DNA of 30,710 bases. It comes from Halocafeteria seosinensis. Lineage: Eukaryota. Made by a program: the position numbers and the translations under genes. This document shows, piece by piece, positions 1 to 10,988 of the stretch; the stretch's first letter is position 1, and each line of letters starts with the position of its first letter. The stretch lies in the NCBI GenBank assembly GCA_001687465.1, contig LVLI01000294.1, forward strand, positions 186,001 through 216,710. Direction: 5' to 3'. The notes under the pieces were generated by a model that saw only the letters and a program-made list of their open reading frames with translations, ran no database searches and was not told the DNA's origin.

Positions 1-19
1 AGGTCACAACAGTTTCAAC

Positions 20-817
20 ATGGCCAAAAGACGCCTTGGCATCGAAGCGGGTCTGGACGTGCAAGCGCTACTGGTCCTCGGGGGCTGTGACCCCAATTCT
101 TACGCTGAGGCGGATATGGCATGTGCACTCCACTGTGGACTTGCTACACGGTTTGTTCCCCTAAGTTATACTGATCCTGCGAAGTCAAATAGAAAAGAGC
201 AAGCCAAAGGTGCTTACGGATTGGCTCAAGAACTGGGGATGTATCAGCAGCATAGAACTGAATCAACAGGCGCAGATCCGAACATACCGTGGCATTCCGA
301 CAATGGATCCTGTTTAACCATGCACCAGCCCTGGGCTTCACTGGTTGTATCTGGTATCAAACGTGTGGAGGGGCGCCCTTGGCCGTCTAACTTTGCTGGT
401 GTTCTATGGATTCATGCGGCAGCAAGAGAACCTCTAGACAGTGAAATTGAACACGTGGAGCAGGAATACCAGTCAATTTACGGGGAGCAAAAGTTCGAAT
501 TCCCCAGCTCCTACCCAACTTCGTGTTTGCTAGGGTGTGTATATGTCCCCGCTGTGATGGATCAGTCGTCTTTCCGTGAATTCACGTCGCAAGCGAACCT
601 GCACTCTGTCCAGGCGGAGAGTACAAGTGAACATGTTTTCCTCTGCGAAAGACCGCATAGACTGATAGCTCCATTTTCTTTAGCAGGATCGAACAAAATA
701 TGGAACCTCTCAAAGACCAAGTCGGAATTGGCATCGCTACAACGGGGATTACGAGCAGTTCGAGGACAAGAACCAATCGAATTCTCCGAACTTCTTCGGG
801 ACTTCAAGAACTCGTGA
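20..817 (+). CDS. ASCH (ASC-1 homology/PUA-like) domain protein, TRIP4/ASC-1 C-terminal-like; may extend 5' of the window
   Basis: ASCH signature CLTMHQPWASLVVSGIKRVEGRPW...LWIHAA and YPTSCLLGCV. The frame is open from position 2, so the true start may lie upstream. Confidence 0.85.
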   Translation: MAKRRLGIEAGLDVQALLVLGGCDPNSYAEADMACALHCGLATRFVPLSYTDPAKSNRKEQAKGAYGLAQELGMYQQHRTESTGADPNIPWHSDNGSCLTMHQPWASLVVSGIKRVEGRPWPSNFAGVLWIHAAAREPLDSEIEHVEQEYQSIYGEQKFEFPSSYPTSCLLGCVYVPAVMDQSSFREFTSQANLHSVQAESTSEHVFLCERPHRLIAPFSLAGSNKIWNLSKTKSELASLQRGLRAVRGQEPIEFSELLRDFKNS

Positions 818-1155
818 TTTCCGAGTTCTCATTATTGGGAACTCCACAATGCTACCACACTGTCATCTGGCTGATAAAGGGAATGAGAAATGCATCATTA
901 TCCTACGAAGTCTTCGAATTTTATCATGGTTTGGCTAGTGGCGAACTACTTTGCATGGACCAGGCATCTGCACCTGAGTGTTGTTCATGTATCATGTATA
1001 GGTTCTTGCCGTCATGAAATTGGGAAAGGAAAGTGGGGGAAGAGCCTGCGCTAGAAACATATTCAACGCATAGTGCCTTGAGAAGAACGAAGTCCAAGAA
1101 TGGATGATATATGACCTGGTGGTAGAATTACTACAGGAGGAAGACGCACATGTCT

Positions 1156-4079
1156 TTATTCATCACAGATCTCCTGTTCAAATCTGGATTGGATTGTGTG
1201 CATGCTGATGTCACGGATATCCCGGTGACTGCGGAAAAACTCAAGAATGGCATCTCCCGTTACATACCGGGGACGTTTCGGGCTATTTCCTGTGAGTCCG
1301 TCTACAATGGAAATTTTACGATACACCTTTTTGGAAAATGCAACAGGGTATCGCGAATATAGGTGCATATGCTTTCCGCCAAGATGCTCGTTGATGATCT
1401 CTTTGACTGTTTGCACCGCTAAGTCTAGCGGAAACAGGCCGCTGTCAAGAGTTCCTAATTCAGAGAGTGTGCCTCCATTAGCGCTCCATGGTAAATCTGA
1501 AGCCGCACTCGTTCCTGCTACGCTACTGTCTGATTGCACGCCATTCTTTTCATTTTCTTCACTTTGCTGATCACGTATTCGCATACGCTTATGTTTCAGC
1601 AAACGGGTTTCTTCCTGGGTGAATCCCATGAAGCACAAAACAGAAGATGTGTCCTCAAAGCGACATTGATCCGTCATGAGTCCTCTGAGAAGGATCAAAG
1701 CGGTGACAACTCCTTCAAACTCATAAGGGGTCGTTGGGTCTGGTGGTAGCAGCTTTTCCGTCTCGTTCTGGAATGCGTGTAGGGCATCCAGGTTTTCATG
1801 GTTTTTCGCCATCAATGCGTCGCTAAGGGCAAACGTCAAAGTTCGACATATCTCTTCTACTCGTGTCGCAAGACTATCCGGAGTGACCAAGTTCCCGATT
1901 AAAGACTCAAACGCCTCCGTCTCCGTACCATCCACCTCGTTTCCAAGAATTGCAGCGCAACTCGATAGCAGGCTACCGGTACATGACCACCGGGCCGTAA
2001 GGCAACGAAGATAGGCTTCGGCATACTGTAAATATCGATCTCCATGTTGCTGTGACTTACCAGAGAGGACTGCAAACGCTGCGACAGTATAGTCATACAG
2101 TGTCGTTTTCATACTTTGGTAGCAGTCGTGGAGCTGTCGGTGCCTGCACAAATAGTCCCCTTCGAGCCGTTTCTCATGTATTTCTTCATACGTGTAAACA
2201 CTCTCGTTCAATTTTGGCAGGAGGGTAACGTCTCTTATGTACGCCTGCAGTTCTTCCCTAGTCAGTAGGCTGGTTAGGTCTTCAGCTATCTTCGATGGCA
2301 ACTGGACACTGTGCTTGTGAACGATTATTGCGTGCTTGATAGAGGAGTTAGTGGCCACTCCGTAAGGCGTGTTCCCGTTCTATGTTGACAAAGGAGCAAG
2401 AGAGTATAGAAGTGCGTGGTCGCTGTAGTTACCTCAGTACTCACCTTGTCCTTCGGCGTTGGACTTGCGTCCAGTTCATTTATCAAGAACTGTACCATTC
2501 CAGTCTGTCCCTTCCTAGCCGCTTTGTGGAGTGCGGTCTCTCCACTGCCCTGTGTTGACCTGGGTAATGAGCACGGAAATAGGGGCAGGGCGTCGACGCT
2601 ACTTACTCGTACGCTATTCTCTACCCAGTCCACACTGACTCCGTACTCCAATACCAGGAGACGTGCTATCTCGGTATGACCGCGAACGGCTGCAGAATGC
2701 AATGCAGTCATCCCTCTCTGTGATGAAAAATCACTGTTAGAAAATCCAGCGGTGATACTGAAAATGTAAGGGCGTACGTTGCTCGTAGAAGTTGGAGATG
2801 CTTGATACTTGTCAAGCAACAACTTGACTGCGTAATAGTTCCCTTCAGCAGCAGCGATATGGAGAGGGACGAATCCAGACTGCAGGAGTACCCATGCATA
2901 ACTTGATTCATGTTAACTCAGAAAGGGCAAATTGTTGTACTTACATTATCTTTGGCTACAGGTGACACGTCGTACTCATCAATGAGAAGCTCGATAACAT
3001 TGCACCCTCCACCATGAGCAGCACTATGCAAAACCGTTGATCCGTTCTGTATTTGCGACCATGCACTGTATACAGAAACAAGCTTTCATTTTAGAATGTT
3101 GACACACTCTTACTTCAGTACAAGTGCGGGGATGAACTCCATATTCGTCAATAAACAACCTAACGAGGTCAGTGAAACCTCCGGCAGCGGCATCATGCAA
3201 AGCTGTTACTCCTCCCTGTAACAAATTTCAAAGAACCCTGAAGTCTCTATGATGATAGCAGTTGAGACACATCCTTGGAATACCTCTGCGCCTATCGCTG
3301 GATCCACACTAGCGTGTTCAACGAGCCACTTGACAACATGTATTTGGCCAGCCGAAGCAGCACCATGCAATGGTGTCGCTCCGTCCTGCAAAAAGACTCA
3401 TTTTTACAACGAAGTGTTTCTACTATCCCATTGACAATTTAATATGTACTGTGAAACCATTTACGGATGCTTTAATTTCTGGATCCACTCCGTAATGATT
3501 GACTAGAGTTTTGACTACGTGTAACTGTCCACCCAAAGCTGCCGCATGCAAAGGAGTATGTCCGAGCTGAAATAAAGCACTCATCCCGTAACTTGTTGAA
3601 AATTTGCGTGGTAACACTCAGTAACTTACAGAATGAGCCTTTGAACGAGCACGGGCCCCGTATTTCTGAATCAAGAGGTTCATAACATTGTGATGACCAT
3701 AGAGAGCAGCTGTGACGATCAGGGTTAGGTCTTTGCTAGGTCGCAGACCGCCTCCATGCTTATTCCACAACACTATGGCTCTGGATATAGTATCAAGATT
3801 CGAGCCTGCTATGTCGATTTTGTGAATGCGTATATACGCGTCCAAGGCTTTTTGGAAACGATCAAGCAGAAGATCGGAACGGCTGTGGGAGCTCTCTTGG
3901 TGGTCTTCTCCATGCGTCGTTCCCAAAGGTGCATAAACTTTTGCTGTCGATGTGGCCTTGCTCCCATCAGTTCCATCTTCCGAATGGAGATCGGAGGAGC
4001 GTATTTCATAACCTATGTCCTTATCCGTGGCATTAGGTTCCATCAGGATACCAAAGAGCATGTGCTTTTCTTGCTCCAT
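1156..4079 (-). CDS. Ankyrin-repeat protein (~797 aa, 9 exons) with an uncharacterised ~400 aa C-terminal region
   Basis: Exons 4079-3630, 3566-3465, 3385-3284, 3215-3114, 3046-2945, 2879-2778, 2717-2613, 2549-2445 and 2379-1156, joined by GT-AG phase-0 introns. Repeats such as GHTPLHAAALGG, GATPLHGAASAG, GVTALHDAAAGG and GETALHKAARKG. The start and the extreme 3' end are less certain. Confidence 0.85.
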
Positions 4080-4979
4080 CTCTTCGTCGTGGTCGTCACC
4101 CGAGACAACACAGAGACATGAGCAGTCTCAACCCTACCAGTAGATCTTATTGTAATATAATCTTTCCGTTGATTTAACAGTCACTAATATAGGTAAGTTA
4201 GTAAAAACACTGCGCAACCATCCGATTTCACAGTGTGACGTAGGTAGGGCTGTACGTGGCAGGAACAATCGCCATATCTCCGCAACAACGGTTGTCGTTG
4301 CGACATCCTATGTTATGTGTGCAGAAACTACCATGGGATCGTATTCAGGAAATACGGTAAATACATTACCACTAAACCAGAGTCAGATCAAAGGAACTCT
4401 CGGTTACGTGCGCCGGTACTGGTGGTAGCGTTCTCGTAGCTCTCACACTCTCCCACTAGTCACAGAGTAGTGTATGTTATACCGCGTGTACACTTTGAAG
4501 AATCAATTCCCCAACTCTATGCCGGTTTTCGTCAACAAGTTTGCTTCCACGTTTCCAAGCAGCCAGTACAATTTTCCAGTTCATCGTCCTGTACAAACAA
4601 TTCATGAATTATTGTTTCTGCATCTACATAATACATGTACATATTGTCAATAGTACACAACATAGTCCAGCAACCGAGGAGTTCAGATGTCATCATAAAA
4701 ATAGATGTAGCATTTTCATACAAAATTATGCAATCACCGCCCTGAATTAGTTCATTCATACGTCCACGTCGTCCAGCGACAAGCCCCGAGTTACCAGTAG
4801 TAAGGTTGTGAACTTGCTGAGCTGCTCGACAGTAACAAAAACAGCCAGGAATGAAACAATAGCATCGTCAGAACTGGTCAATAATACTGCGAGATATTAT
4901 TCTCTTTGATTATAGAGCTCTTCATATATCGTAGATTTGATCTTACTTGCATGAAGAAAACACACACCGGTAGTACCCA

Positions 4980-7900
4980 ATGAAAGTCCCGAAGTGGTTG
5001 CCACTCTTTGTGTTTGCCAGCTACATTACGTATGTTAGCGCGGAAACACTGAGTGGAGGTGACAATAACACTCAATACTTGACAAATTTTTTGAAATGGA
5101 TAAAACAAGAGGGAGGTACGCTGACTAACTGAGTACCTTTGAGGCAACCGACTACAATGCTTGTTTGAGCGCAGGGAAACTATATAATGTCACTCTCGCC
5201 AACTTTGATGGAATGGGTGTTGGAATAAAGGCATTGCATCCGATTGAGAAGAATCAGAAGACTATTCATATGCCTCTGTCCTTAGTAATGTAAGTGGTGT
5301 TGAACGCAAAGTGCGAGACTAGTCACTAAGACGTGCTCCGTTGGAATCAGGTGTCGGAAGAGCATATTGGAGAGGGAGAAAGACAATGAGGAGCTAGTTC
5401 AAGCACTGTGGACTATGGAGGATGCTGACTTAATTGCTGCCTACGTTCTTCATCAGCTTTCCCTCGGAAGCAACTCATTTTGGGCACCTTACTTGTCGAC
5501 TCTACCAGCGTACGTTCCCGTGTTATATACATGGGACGAGGAAATCCTTGAACGTCTCTCCCCTAACGTTTCTAAAAGTCAAGCAAGCAAAAAACGCGGA
5601 GCAGATTTAGCTACATCAGTATACAGAATCAGAAGATCACTGAGGAAGTCCTACGAAGCGTACTCAACGTATCGGCATACTTTCTTGGGTGGCAACGCCG
5701 AAGTATCCCTTTCTGCAGAGGCAGACGCACAAACTATGCTAGATCCTTCATGGTTAGAGTCGTTTTCTGCCTGGATGTGGGCACATTCTATTGTGGATTC
5801 TAGGGCCTTGTCTATCGAAGGAAAGAGGTATCTGGTACCGTTCGCCGATATGCACAATTTTGTGCCCCAAGATGAGGCTAGGGCTCAAAATTCTGGTCTG
5901 TCCTTCCTCAAGTACCACAAGGTAACAGAAAACAGGTCAGTACTCACTCATTGTGTGATTAGTCTTGCAAATGCTCAGGTCGAGAACAACATTGGCTTCT
6001 GCAGTTTTGATATCTACGCTGACCGACGCTTCAGTCAGGATGCCCAAGTATACGAGGATTATGGTGACAATGCCAATGATGTGTATTTGCTTCACCATGG
6101 ATTCGTTCCCAGCAAGAATCCTTTTGAATGTATTAATATTGTTGAAGAAGTGCTCAGCTTTCTTCGCTTGACTCTTCCTGCGGAGCAAAAGGACAAACAT
6201 TTGAAGGTTGTAGAGTCTATACTGAATTCGGTGTCGATCCCTACGAAATGTGTTGTACCGACTGCTGAAGCTGCCATTCCGTTCAGGTTATATTCAATAC
6301 TAGCAGTAGTCAACATGACTTCAGAAGAAGTCCCCAGGTGCGATGATTTCTTAGAAAAGAATACTTCTCCTGACGCTTTCGTCAAATGCGTCGGACGCAT
6401 TACCGACACTTTCAGAAATCAAGGTCATTTACTCCTTCGGCATTACTTGCATGGTTTGCGAATAAAGTACAAAAGGATGATAGCAGAAGTTTCAGCGATG
6501 GACCTCAATGTAGACGGAACAATTTTATCGCAAAGAATCGTACAGCGCAGAATGTTACCGGGAAGTGATGGGGTTTGCGCAGAGCGGGAGTGCAAAAGGG
6601 TGCAGTTGGATATACTGGCGAGATTTCTCAGCTCCAAAATGAATACACTCTTTTTGCTGGAAGGAGATCTGCAGCATGCAATAGAGAACGAACCGGGTAA
6701 CCAGAACGATGAGCATGAGAGACAAGCTGACACAGTAGCTAGCGCTACTCCAGATGACAATCTCCCATCAAACGCTTTCGTGATGGCTCACGAAGATTTA
6801 GCTAGGGAAGCATCACTCTCAGAAGGGGCCGAACTACTGAATCAATGGATCGCAGACGCAAATCCTCGGGCGTTCTTGATAAGAGCTAGCGTCTTCGGTG
6901 AAGGTATGCGCTTCGGGGTTGAAACAATTACTGATATAAGAGAGGGTGAGGAATACTTTAGTATTCCGACTTCTCATGTGATGAGTCTTCAGACAGCTCG
7001 CAGTTGTCCGATATTAGGTCTCGTTTTATCAGAACTGCGCGAAAGGTTTCCCAGAGGAGATCCATTTCATGAGCTATTGTTTCATCTCATTTTTGAAATG
7101 TTTGATCCCCGACGACGGCAAGAGAGTGTCTGGTATCCGTATCTCGCCACTTTGCCTTCTACTGACGAAATGCGAAACCCGCTCTACTACGAAGAATCCG
7201 ATTGGGATCAACTCGAGAATCCAGATATAGTTAAGGAGTTCAAGGACACACGGAAGACAATTATCTCTAAGTATAGATCCGTCCGCTCCGCAGTACTACA
7301 GAACTATCCTGAAGTTTTTGATCTATACTCGGTGTTTACTCTCAAAAATTATGCGTGGGCCCATACGATACTAGATAGTCGATCAATCTGGTGGAACAGC
7401 GAAAGGCATTTAGTTCCACTGCTGGACCTAATTAACTGCAGGGAAGGTCCGGACCCTACCAAGGTTCACAGCACGGTTCTTGATTCCTCTGGCAAGTTCG
7501 CAGTAACTAAAGCATCCTGGAGTTTTAAGAAGGGCGAGCAGTTGTTTGAAAATTACGGGCAGCCGAACTACATATATTTCACGTATCATGGGTTTGCATT
7601 ACTGCAGAATGCACACGATTGTGTCCCATTCTCATATAAGACGAAAGATGGCTCATCGCGAGTAAGTGTCCACAAGAAAATAATAATGAAACCTGCAGCC
7701 GCATCGTCTACCCTGTCAAATATGAGTACAGGCGCGCCAACTGAAGGAGGAGGGGATGCCCAATGCTATTCGTATATGCCTTCCTAAAAATGGAACCATA
7801 GAAGACTCCGATATAGCTTGGATGAAAGCCTACAGGAGATGGGGCCCTCGGTTTGAGACTGGGGTATCCTACATAGACCCAATGACCGGCAAAAAGATGA

Positions 7901-8231
7901 GCTGGTCACAACGCGAAGGTTTCGCGTCGAAACGCGTCATTGCTTTTCTGACCAAGCAAGCCCAAGTTCGACTCTCAAGATATACTACTAGCATTGAAGA
8001 CGATACCGGTTTGCTTAGAAACGAAAGCGAAGGCATTCTCAAGTATGTATGCACAAATCCTCATTCGTGACTCGTTCTCTTGACATATTCGTTCCGTTTC
8101 GCAGAAGCATTCGGCATGCAGTTGTGACTTTCCGATTGTCAGAAAAAACCACTTTGAGATCTTTCATTGACAACCACCACGATACATCTCACTTCGTAGA
8201 ATCCGTGCTGAAGAGCTCAGACGTCAGTTAA
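4980..8231 (+). CDS. Tandem SET-domain protein (Rubisco-LSMT/SETD3-like class) with a predicted signal peptide, ~976 aa, 6 exons
   Basis: Exons 4980-5115, 5175-5289, 5351-5935, 6005-7661, 7732-8042 and 8105-8231. The motif set occurs twice: SFWAPYLSTLP/WAHSIVDSRA/LVPFADMHN/DYG..HHGF and SVWYPYLATLP/WAHTILDSRS/LVPLLDLIN/NYG..YHGF. The N-terminus is MKVPKWLPLFVFASYITYVSA. Confidence 0.88.
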
Positions 8232-8232
8232 A

Positions 8233-9441
8233 TTACTTGAAGTAGAACGAAAGAACAAGCTGTGGCATATGAATCCGAAATACGGTGCACACAAAGCATG
8301 CAAGTATGCATAAAACAACAGGGTATAGCAACACATTGGTACGTCTCAGGAATGGAAGTACTGCAAAGCATCACGACAACAGCATCTCCAAAACAACATT
8401 GCAGCTCGGAATACGCAAGGCTTACCAACATATCCGGAAAATGTAATATACCAGTATCCTGCAATGGCTGCCGTATACAACAGGTTGCCACAGACCATCC
8501 CTAGGTTATAGTAATACTGGCTCAGTAGCAGTGGCAAAATTGCGTATTGTCCCACATATCCAATAAGGAACATTACCCAGAAAGAGTTCGTGTGTACGTC
8601 AAAAGCATACATCCATTCTACTTCTTGTTCGACTGCGTGAGGTGTTGACTCGACCTTTAAGTAATTGTTTGCCAGAGTTCGGCAAATAGCTGATATGCAA
8701 CCGCCAAATACAATATATTGCGCAAGTCCATGGAATAGGAGGCGAACGACTCGACTTAGAGTGAAGTGATTCAAAGCGAATGCATAAGCACAGCAAATAG
8801 GCTGCGAGTGGCCACACAGTATGGATCATTCAATAATGGCACAGCGCGCAAAAGAATTTCCAAGTGTGCTTACAAGAATAAAGAAGCATTGCAGCATTAC
8901 CACAGCTGGATCATCCCGCGCCCACTGGTTCTTCGTCTCTGCATTTCCACATGACATATTCTCAATTGGACGGGATTGTTACCAGTTAATAAATGATTAT
9001 TACCACACTTACGTTTACGCCGTTGATTGAGTCTATAACTGCGACAGGGAGACACGCACTAAGCATCGAGAGAGGCAATTCTGGAAAACATTAACACACT
9101 TACACTTTGGCAGGATGCAAGAGTAATTCCACCATTTGCCATGCCGCAAATTGCCAGTCCATGGCTTTCACACTAAGGGCTCGGCGAGCGTACGGTCCGA
9201 TAAACGACGATGACGACGAGGCTCCGGCGACACTGGATGATGATGATACGGGGTGGTTGCTTGAATGCTTTGAAGAGTCTTCCAGGAAAGAAGCTGAAGG
9301 GGCGGTCGCGCCACCCACGGGGTCCATCGATCGATGTGAAATTTCACTACCAGTATTGTCTGCTCTCGAATTATTGTATCCACCACTTGTTTTCCTGTTT
9401 GTCGTCGTCGAAGATCTGTCCAGAAGGTGCTGAGCATGCAT
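8233..9441 (-). CDS. UNC50: UNC-50 family Golgi membrane protein, 5 exons
   Basis: Motifs MDWQFAAWQM, QTKNQWARDDPA, VEWMYAFDVHTNSF and ITFSGY..LPFL.RT..LLYP. Exons ~9441-9104, 9038-9013, 8938-8874, 8801-8426 and 8360-8233. The start ATG is uncertain (low-complexity N-terminus). Confidence 0.92.
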
Positions 9442-9742
9442 TGTTATCGTCTACAATACCGAACTTCCCCTGCAGATCACACCGACACTGGAGATCGAGC
9501 CACGAGTACGGTGTCTGGGCAATCTCCTCTGAGGGAAAGTGTCTTAAAGCAATTCAGCAGGGGGGTATGATATCCCTTCTTCCCACAAGAGTAGGTATTG
9601 TCACCAGCGTTCCCACGATGAAATATATTTATATATCCCAGCTACCGCGTCAATACAGCGACACAATTGACATACAACTTAAGATAGATTCTGATAGTAC
9701 AGGAAATACTCATTATTCAACAATGAGCCATTATACTCTGTG

Positions 9743-9769
9743 TATGGTCCATAACTTATGGACCATAAG
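9743..9769. repeat. Nested perfect inverted repeat in a divergent intergenic region
   Basis: TATGGTCCATAA-C-TTATGGACCATA (12-bp arms, 9743-9767), overlapping CTTATGG-A-CCATAAG (9755-9769). Confidence 0.9.
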
Positions 9770-9962
9770 CCCCTCTTCAATGAAGCAAGCTGCCAGGGAC
9801 ACGACAAACTTTTATCACACCTATGGGGAAGAAATCTTCCCCTTAATGATGTTAGTGTTAGCGAAGCATCAGTTTAGTTTGCTTTCGTTTCTGCGTGACA
9901 TTTATGTATAGGAACAAGCGCTGCTTGGGTATAGTACTGTGGAAGAGGCAGAAGCCGGGAAA

Positions 9963-10510
9963 ATGAGCTGGCGGGCTTTCGTCTCCAGGAACGCACAGGC
10001 TGTTCGTGTATTTGTAGACCCTACACAAACTGCCCCAGGACAGAAATCTCATGGATTAATGTACGTATCCATCATACAACCACCTTGCTTGCTTTTTGTC
10101 TTTTCAACTGAGGCGTAGTCTTCTTTTGATGCTTGTATGATGAGGCGTTTTGGGGGCTTGCTTCTTACAGGAAATGGTATAAACAGAATTATAGAGAGCT
10201 AACAGAGCTCAATCCTCATATGGCTCTTCCCATTCGCGGTGTTAAAGGTACTCCAAGTATGGTTGGGGTTTCTTACGGTATGTGTATACCACAATGGTGC
10301 CTTGGTGTCTTCTGTCGGATACCATTCGTCGCCTCACTCATGGGATTTTGTTGAACAGATTACGGGCAAATGGAATGGTACAAATGCGACAATCGTCTTC
10401 CTCACGAAATCGATAACATGCTGGAAGAAGCGGTGTTGAAAGGAGAATATAAACCAAGGGCAAGATGGCAGAGTTTAACGAAGCCAGAATTACCAACCAT
10501 TGTTGATTAG
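9963..10510 (+). CDS. L51/S25/CI-B8 family mitochondrial protein, NDUFA2 (complex I B8)-like, 3 exons
   Basis: Exons 9963-10060, 10171-10277 and 10359-10510 give MSWRAFVSRNAQAVRVF...KWYKQNYRELTELNPHMALPIRG, resembling the B8 pattern MSWR..LSRN...NY.ELK..NP..PILIR. Confidence 0.7.
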
Positions 10511-10988
10511 GCAATTCTGCGGGTACACAACGCCAATATGATAGCTTTGCAGCGAGGAGAATAATTCAATGTGTGCTTTACCGTTTCGGCATTTTGGAAA
10601 CGATGTAGCTTTCCTCACAGCAATGCTGCTTGCGGTAAAAGAAAATACACAAATGTTCTTGTTTGAGTCGCTTCTGCTATGATGTGAATATGTACTAACT
10701 CATTGATCTCGCTATTCCTTGTCGTCCACGCTGTTGACAAAATCAACTATTGAAAGCCGAAGACGCTGTAGCAGTAGTAGCCTTCCGGGAAGGGGTTCAG
10801 TAACTTCAGTTCTCTCATAGGTTTGGCTTCACAAGCAACATTGGGCAATGACACCTTTACACAAGTTGACAGTTCATACATGTAGTTCTCCTTCCGTCCG
10901 GAATGATATCCGCGTACAGGTGATAAGATAAGATAGTGACTCATCTACACAGTGAATAGGAAGGTATTAAGTGGGTGGAAACGGTGTC

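Noticed and set aside
4500..4960. Short ORFs between the ankyrin and SET genes
   Set aside because: No recognisable motif or consistent exon chain. A small gene cannot be excluded.
9210..9911. 233-aa plus-strand ORF
   Set aside because: Antisense to UNC50 exon 1, runs through intergenic DNA and has no protein-like features.
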